From Candidatus Bathyarchaeia archaeon (lineage in GTDB: Archaea > Thermoproteota > Bathyarchaeia > Bathyarchaeales > Bathycorpusculaceae): DNA of 32,812 nt. The position numbers and the translations under genes were made by a program. Each line of letters opens with the position of its first letter. Within the stretch, counting starts at the first letter, position 1. This document shows positions 28,023 to 32,812 of the stretch, one piece after another. The notes under the pieces are model-generated. The model had not been told where the DNA came from. It did no database searches and worked only from the letters and a program-made list of their open reading frames with translations. The stretch spans positions 1 to 32,812 of the forward strand of contig JBMFOB010000014.1 of NCBI GenBank assembly GCA_049969855.1. Direction: 5' to 3'.

Positions 28023-30827
28023 ATGGTTACATTGTATCTTGACAAAATTTTTAATCCAAAAAGCATTGCGATAATAGGCGCAAGCGATGAGGAAGGAAGC
28101 GTAGGCTATGCTTTAATGAAAAATTTTATCGATTTAGGTTTTGATGGGAAAGTTTATCCCGTTAACATTCACAAAACTGAAATTTTAGGTTTAAAAGCTT
28201 ACCAGTCCGTGGAACAAATTCCTGAACCCGTAGACCTTGCAGTTATCGCAACTCCAGCCAAAACTGTTCCGGACATTGTCGAGCAGTGCGGAAAAGCTGG
28301 AATAAAAGGTTTAATCATAATCAGCGCAGGCTTCAAGGAGGTAGGTGCAGAAGGCAAAGCCTTAGAGGATAAAATTCTTGAAATAAAAAACAAGTATGGT
28401 TTACGCATTATTGGACCCAACTGTTTAGGCATAATCCGCCCAAGCGTAAAGCTGAATGCCACATTCATTAACAAAACACCAAAATCAGGCAACATAGCGT
28501 TCATCAGCCAATCTGGAGCTTTAGGTTCGGCAATATTGGATTGGGCTATTCACGAAAACATTGGCTTCAGCAACTTCGTATCCGTGGGTTCAATGTTGGA
28601 TGTGGATTTTGGCGATTTAATAGACTATTTTGGCACTGATCCAAAAACGAGAAGCATTCTAATGTATATAGAAGGATTGACAGACGCAAGAAAATTCATG
28701 TCGGCTGCCCGCCACTTCGCAAGAACAAAACCAGTAATCGTAGTTAAGGCAGGCAAATACACTGAAAGCGCGAAAGCTGCAGCCAGCCACACTGGTTCCC
28801 TTACAGGTGAAGACGTAATTTATGATGCAGCCTTTAAACGTGCAGGAATCGTTCGCGTCGAAGAAATCTCTGACCTGTTCAACTGCGCCGAAGTTTTGGG
28901 AATGCAACCATTGCCAAAAGGTCCAAACCTTGTAATAATAACGAATGCGGGCGGACCTGGAGTTATGGCTACAGATGCCCTAATAGCCAGAGGCGGAAAA
29001 CTGGCAAAACTTAGCCCAAAAACAATGGAGTACCTCAACAGCATCTTGCCTCACTATTGGAGTAGAGGAAACCCCGTTGACATTTTGGGAGATGCCAAAG
29101 CTGACCGTTATAAGGCGGTTTTGGAAGCATGCCTTAATGATGAAAATGTGGACGGCGTCTTAATCATTTACACTGCCCAAGCTGTGGCGGAACCAGTTGA
29201 AATTGCAAAAAGCATAGTTGAAGTATGCAAGAACAGGGGTTATCAAAGCAAAACAATTCTAACCTCTTTTATGGGCACTGGGGCAGTGGAAGAGGCAAAC
29301 AGAATCTTTAACCAGAACAGCATTCCCACATATTCCACTCCAGAGCAAGCAGTTAAAACATATCTTTACATGTACCAATACAAGCGCAACCTTGAACTGC
29401 TTTATGAAACGCCTGAAGAATTGCCAGTTGATGCTGCTCCGCCAAAACGTCCCATAATGGTGATAATGAGAAATGCTGCAATGGAAAATCGTGAACTTTT
29501 AAATGAAGCAGAAGCCAAAAAATTACTTGAATATTATAACTTTCCAGTTGTAAAAACTGCAGTGGCTAAAACACCAGACGAAGCCGCAACCATAGCAATG
29601 CAAATAGGCTATCCAGTGGTTCTCAAGATTTTATCCCCCCAAATAGTTCACAAGACTGAAGCAGGCGGCGTAATTCTTGACATAAACTCTGAGGCTGAGC
29701 TTAGAAAGGCTTTTGAATGCATTATTGAAAGAGCGAAAAAGTATAACCCCAACGCTGAAATTTTAGGCGTCACAGTTCAGCCAATGGTAAAGAAGCGTGG
29801 ATATGAAATAATAATTGGTGCAAAAACAGACCCGCTCTTCGGTCCAGTAATCCTATTCGGAATGGGCGGCATAGGCGTAGAACTCTTCAAAGACTTTTCC
29901 ATAGGGCTTCCGCCGTTAAACCAGACTTTAGTTAGAAGGCTTATGGAAGAAACCAAGGTTTACCAACTTTTGAAGGGCTACAGAAATGTGCCTCCAGCTA
30001 ACCTAAAACTCCTTGAAGAGTTGATAGTTCGATTCTCCCAGCTCCTCATAGACTTCCCACAACTCAAAGAGGTTGACATCAATCCACTGCTCATAGACGA
30101 AAATGACGCAGCAATAATCGACGCTAGAATAGTTATTGATAGAGAGAAAATATTCCAGAAACTTGAGCCTCACCAACATCTAGTAATAAGTCCATATCCT
30201 AAGAAATATGAAACTCTGTGGAAAATGCGGGACGGTCGCACAGTTCTGCTTAGACCAATAAAACCTGAAGACGAACCTTTGTGGCTGGAAATGTTCAAGA
30301 ATTTCTCTGAGGAATCAATACGCTTTAGGTTCTTCCAAATAATCAAAGATACACCCCACGAAGTGCGCGTGAGATACTGCAATATTGATTATGATAGGGA
30401 AATAGCCATAGTTGCGGAACTAACCGAAAATGAACAGAGAAAAATACTCGGCGTTGTCAGAGTAAGCTTAGAACCAGACAGAAAAAGCGGCGAAATAGCC
30501 TTCATAGTTGCTGATCCATGGCAAGGCTTAGGCTTAGGCACAAAAATGGTGGATTATACAATTGAAATCTGCAAAGAAATGGGAGTTGAAACCATTTACG
30601 GCATAATGCTTCCGGACAATCATAGGGCGATAAACCTTACAAGGAAAATGGGATTTACGCTAAAATATATGGAGGATGGCACAGTTAAGGGAATTCTCAA
30701 CCTAAAAGAAGAGGAATCACCAACTCAATGTCAAAAAACGGAAAAGCTTCAAGAAGAAACGCAAAATTTGGCAACGCTTCCTGAACAAAAAGGACAGAGA
30801 GAAGAAGCTGAGGCTGTTAGCGGTTGA
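28023..30827 (+). CDS. ADP-forming acyl-CoA synthetase (alpha+beta) fused to a C-terminal GNAT domain (Pat/PatZ-type architecture)
   Basis: IIGAS, GPNCLG, SQSGA, ASHTGS (phospho-His), TNAGGPG, ATP-grasp HKTEAGGV and DINP, GNAT RFRFF..IDYDRE..WQGLGLG. Confidence 0.92.
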   Translation: MVTLYLDKIFNPKSIAIIGASDEEGSVGYALMKNFIDLGFDGKVYPVNIHKTEILGLKAYQSVEQIPEPVDLAVIATPAKTVPDIVEQCGKAGIKGLIIISAGFKEVGAEGKALEDKILEIKNKYGLRIIGPNCLGIIRPSVKLNATFINKTPKSGNIAFISQSGALGSAILDWAIHENIGFSNFVSVGSMLDVDFGDLIDYFGTDPKTRSILMYIEGLTDARKFMSAARHFARTKPVIVVKAGKYTESAKAAASHTGSLTGEDVIYDAAFKRAGIVRVEEISDLFNCAEVLGMQPLPKGPNLVIITNAGGPGVMATDALIARGGKLAKLSPKTMEYLNSILPHYWSRGNPVDILGDAKADRYKAVLEACLNDENVDGVLIIYTAQAVAEPVEIAKSIVEVCKNRGYQSKTILTSFMGTGAVEEANRIFNQNSIPTYSTPEQAVKTYLYMYQYKRNLELLYETPEELPVDAAPPKRPIMVIMRNAAMENRELLNEAEAKKLLEYYNFPVVKTAVAKTPDEAATIAMQIGYPVVLKILSPQIVHKTEAGGVILDINSEAELRKAFECIIERAKKYNPNAEILGVTVQPMVKKRGYEIIIGAKTDPLFGPVILFGMGGIGVELFKDFSIGLPPLNQTLVRRLMEETKVYQLLKGYRNVPPANLKLLEELIVRFSQLLIDFPQLKEVDINPLLIDENDAAIIDARIVIDREKIFQKLEPHQHLVISPYPKKYETLWKMRDGRTVLLRPIKPEDEPLWLEMFKNFSEESIRFRFFQIIKDTPHEVRVRYCNIDYDREIAIVAELTENEQRKILGVVRVSLEPDRKSGEIAFIVADPWQGLGLGTKMVDYTIEICKEMGVETIYGIMLPDNHRAINLTRKMGFTLKYMEDGTVKGILNLKEEESPTQCQKTEKLQEETQNLATLPEQKGQREEAEAVSG

Positions 30828-30945
30828 GCTTATACGTTAAACTTGATTTAAAAATTTTCATAGTTTTTTCTCTATTTACTAACGGCTAAATTTAAATTAT
30901 AGAAATACGATATCAATTTTCCATTCAAAATAAGTTGGTGCGGAG

Positions 30946-31884
30946 ATGGAGAAGCTAAAATTTGCCTTTTATTGGGCTGCAAGTTGTGGCGGCTGTGAAA
31001 TAGCTGTTTTAGATATAAATGAGAAAATCCTTGACGTGGTAGCAAAAGCAGACATTGTCTTCTGGCCTGTTGCCATGGACATCAAATACAAAGATGTCGA
31101 AAACATGCCAGACAAAAGCATAGACGTATGCTTCTTTAATGGCGCAATAAGAACTGAGGAAAACGAAGAAATGGCTAAACTTTTAAGGCGTAAATCAAAA
31201 GTTCTTGTGGCTTTCGGTTCATGCGCATGCGACGGATGCGTTATAGGACTTGGAAACCTATGGAATAAGCGAAAAATCTTTGAAAGGGCATACTTTGAGA
31301 CGCCTTCAACAAAAAACCCGCAGTTGGTCACTCCTCAAACCCGCCTGAAAGTCAAGGAAGGCGAACTTGAACTCCCAGATTTTTACGACACTGTCAAAAC
31401 TTTAGCTCAAACTGTTAATGTTGACTATTTCATTTCAGGTTGTCCACCACCAGTTCCAAGAATAATAGAAGCCTTAGAAGCCATAGTGAACGGAAAATTA
31501 CCTTCGAAAGGCTCAAGTTTCTTGTTGAATAAATCTGTATGCGACGAATGCCCAAGAGAGAAAAAAGACAGAAAAATCACACAAATAAAAAGAATATACG
31601 AAATAAATGACGATTTCAAAACATGCTTTCTAGACCAAGGCGTAATATGCATGGGACCAGCCACTCGAGGCGGATGTGGTGCACAGTGCCTAAAGGCAAA
31701 TGTGCCATGCACAGGATGCGGCGGACCAACGCCAAGAGTGACAGACCAAGGCGCAGCAATGGTAAGCGCCTTCGCGTCAATAGCCGCAGACCCTAAAGTC
31801 ATCGAGCAAATCGTTGACCCGGTTGGAACTTTCTACAAGTATTCTTTGGCTAATTCTATTTTGCGGAGGAAAGTGATAGAATGA
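30946..31884 (+). CDS. mvhG: Group 3c-type [NiFe] hydrogenase small subunit
   Basis: WAASCGGC, FGSCA, GCPP, CDECPR and CFLDQGVICMGPATRGGCGAQC..PCTGC. Confidence 0.88.
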   Translation: MEKLKFAFYWAASCGGCEIAVLDINEKILDVVAKADIVFWPVAMDIKYKDVENMPDKSIDVCFFNGAIRTEENEEMAKLLRRKSKVLVAFGSCACDGCVIGLGNLWNKRKIFERAYFETPSTKNPQLVTPQTRLKVKEGELELPDFYDTVKTLAQTVNVDYFISGCPPPVPRIIEALEAIVNGKLPSKGSSFLLNKSVCDECPREKKDRKITQIKRIYEINDDFKTCFLDQGVICMGPATRGGCGAQCLKANVPCTGCGGPTPRVTDQGAAMVSAFASIAADPKVIEQIVDPVGTFYKYSLANSILRRKVIE

Positions 31885-32812
31885 AGGAAATAGTCATAAA
31901 CCCAATTACAAGGCTTGAGGGACACGGAAAAATAACAATATTCCTGAATGACGCTGGAAACGTGGAAGAAGCCTATTTCCAAGTTCCAGAATTAAGAGGC
32001 TTCGAGAGATTCTGCGAAGGAAGAAGGGCTGAAGACCTACCAATAATAACAACAAGAATATGCGGCGTTTGCCCAGTTGCACACCACATGGCAGGCGCAA
32101 AAGCTTTAGATGCAGCATTCAATGTTGAGCCAACAGAAACAGCCAAAAAACTCCGCGAGCTCATGTATTGCGGCTACTTCATTTACGACCACACATTGCA
32201 CTTTTACTATTTGGGCGGACCAGACTTCGTCGTAGGACCAAACGCGCCGCCAGAAAAGCGAAACGTTTTAGGCGTCATAGAAAAAGCTGGACTTGAAATT
32301 GGTAAGGAAGTCATAAAGCACAGGGCTTACGGGCAAAAGATAACAGAGATTCTGGGCGGGAAGGCAACACATCCAGTTAGCGCTTGCATACCCGGAGGCG
32401 TTTCAAAGCCACTCTCTGAAGAGGAGCGGCGAGAAATTGAAAATATGGTGAGAAGCTGCCTTGAATTCGCAAAATTCAGCCTAAAACTCTTCGACGACAT
32501 AGTGCTGAAAAACACGGACTATGTGAATCTGATAAAAAGCGAAGCCTACACGTTGCAAACCTATTACATGGGCTTGGTTGACAAAAACAACCATGTAAAC
32601 TTCTACGACGGCGATGTGCGTGTTGTTGACCCCTATGGGAAAGAATTTGTGAAGTTCAAACCGAAAGAATACCTCGATGTGATTGAAGAGCATGTGGAAC
32701 CATGGACATACGTGAAACTGCCATACTTAAAGAAAATTGGATGGAAAGGCTTGGTTGGCGGACCGCAAAGCGGGCTTTACCGCGTTGGACCGCTTGGAAG
32801 ACTTAACGCTGC
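31881..32812 (+). CDS. mvhA: Group 3c-type [NiFe] hydrogenase large subunit, truncated at the window end (not in ORF track)
   Basis: ATGA overlap with mvhG; MKEIVINPITRLEGHGKI..RGFERFCEGR..TRICGVCPVAHH (L1 motif)..HFYYLGGPDF; the frame reads through to GPLGRLNA at the edge. Confidence 0.92.
   Translation, partial: MKEIVINPITRLEGHGKITIFLNDAGNVEEAYFQVPELRGFERFCEGRRAEDLPIITTRICGVCPVAHHMAGAKALDAAFNVEPTETAKKLRELMYCGYFIYDHTLHFYYLGGPDFVVGPNAPPEKRNVLGVIEKAGLEIGKEVIKHRAYGQKITEILGGKATHPVSACIPGGVSKPLSEEERREIENMVRSCLEFAKFSLKLFDDIVLKNTDYVNLIKSEAYTLQTYYMGLVDKNNHVNFYDGDVRVVDPYGKEFVKFKPKEYLDVIEEHVEPWTYVKLPYLKKIGWKGLVGGPQSGLYRVGPLGRLNA

Overview
Archaeal chromosomal segment. Bathyarchaeia-like origin is my inference from gene content and style, not a search result. 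From left to right: (1) two frameshifted genes (DUF401-type membrane protein, nucleoside 2-deoxyribosyltransferase-like protein) in a strongly C/A-skewed 1.5 kb ending at tRNA-Gly(GCC); (2) [NiFe]-hydrogenase maturation genes, hypE convergent with hypF-hypC-hypD; (3) three small zinc-finger genes; (4) a complete beta-oxidation block (acyl-CoA ligase, esterase, thiolase plus DUF35, crotonase, two acyl-CoA dehydrogenases, 3-hydroxyacyl-CoA dehydrogenase, EtfBA); (5) a contiguous redox block (NfnAB/SudAB, a tandem ferredoxin-MvhD x2 protein, thioredoxin reductase, two uncalled paralogous Cys4 microproteins, a soluble FadF/HdrD-like CCG protein, HdrA fused to a cysteine-less MvhD domain); (6) an ADP-forming acyl-CoA synthetase-GNAT fusion; (7) MvhG and a truncated MvhA. 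The best candidate for an undescribed system is an all-soluble route linking acyl-CoA oxidation and ETF to an HdrA/hydrogenase module, with no HdrB/HdrC and no membrane redox protein in the window. No CRISPR array, transposase or integrase was seen.
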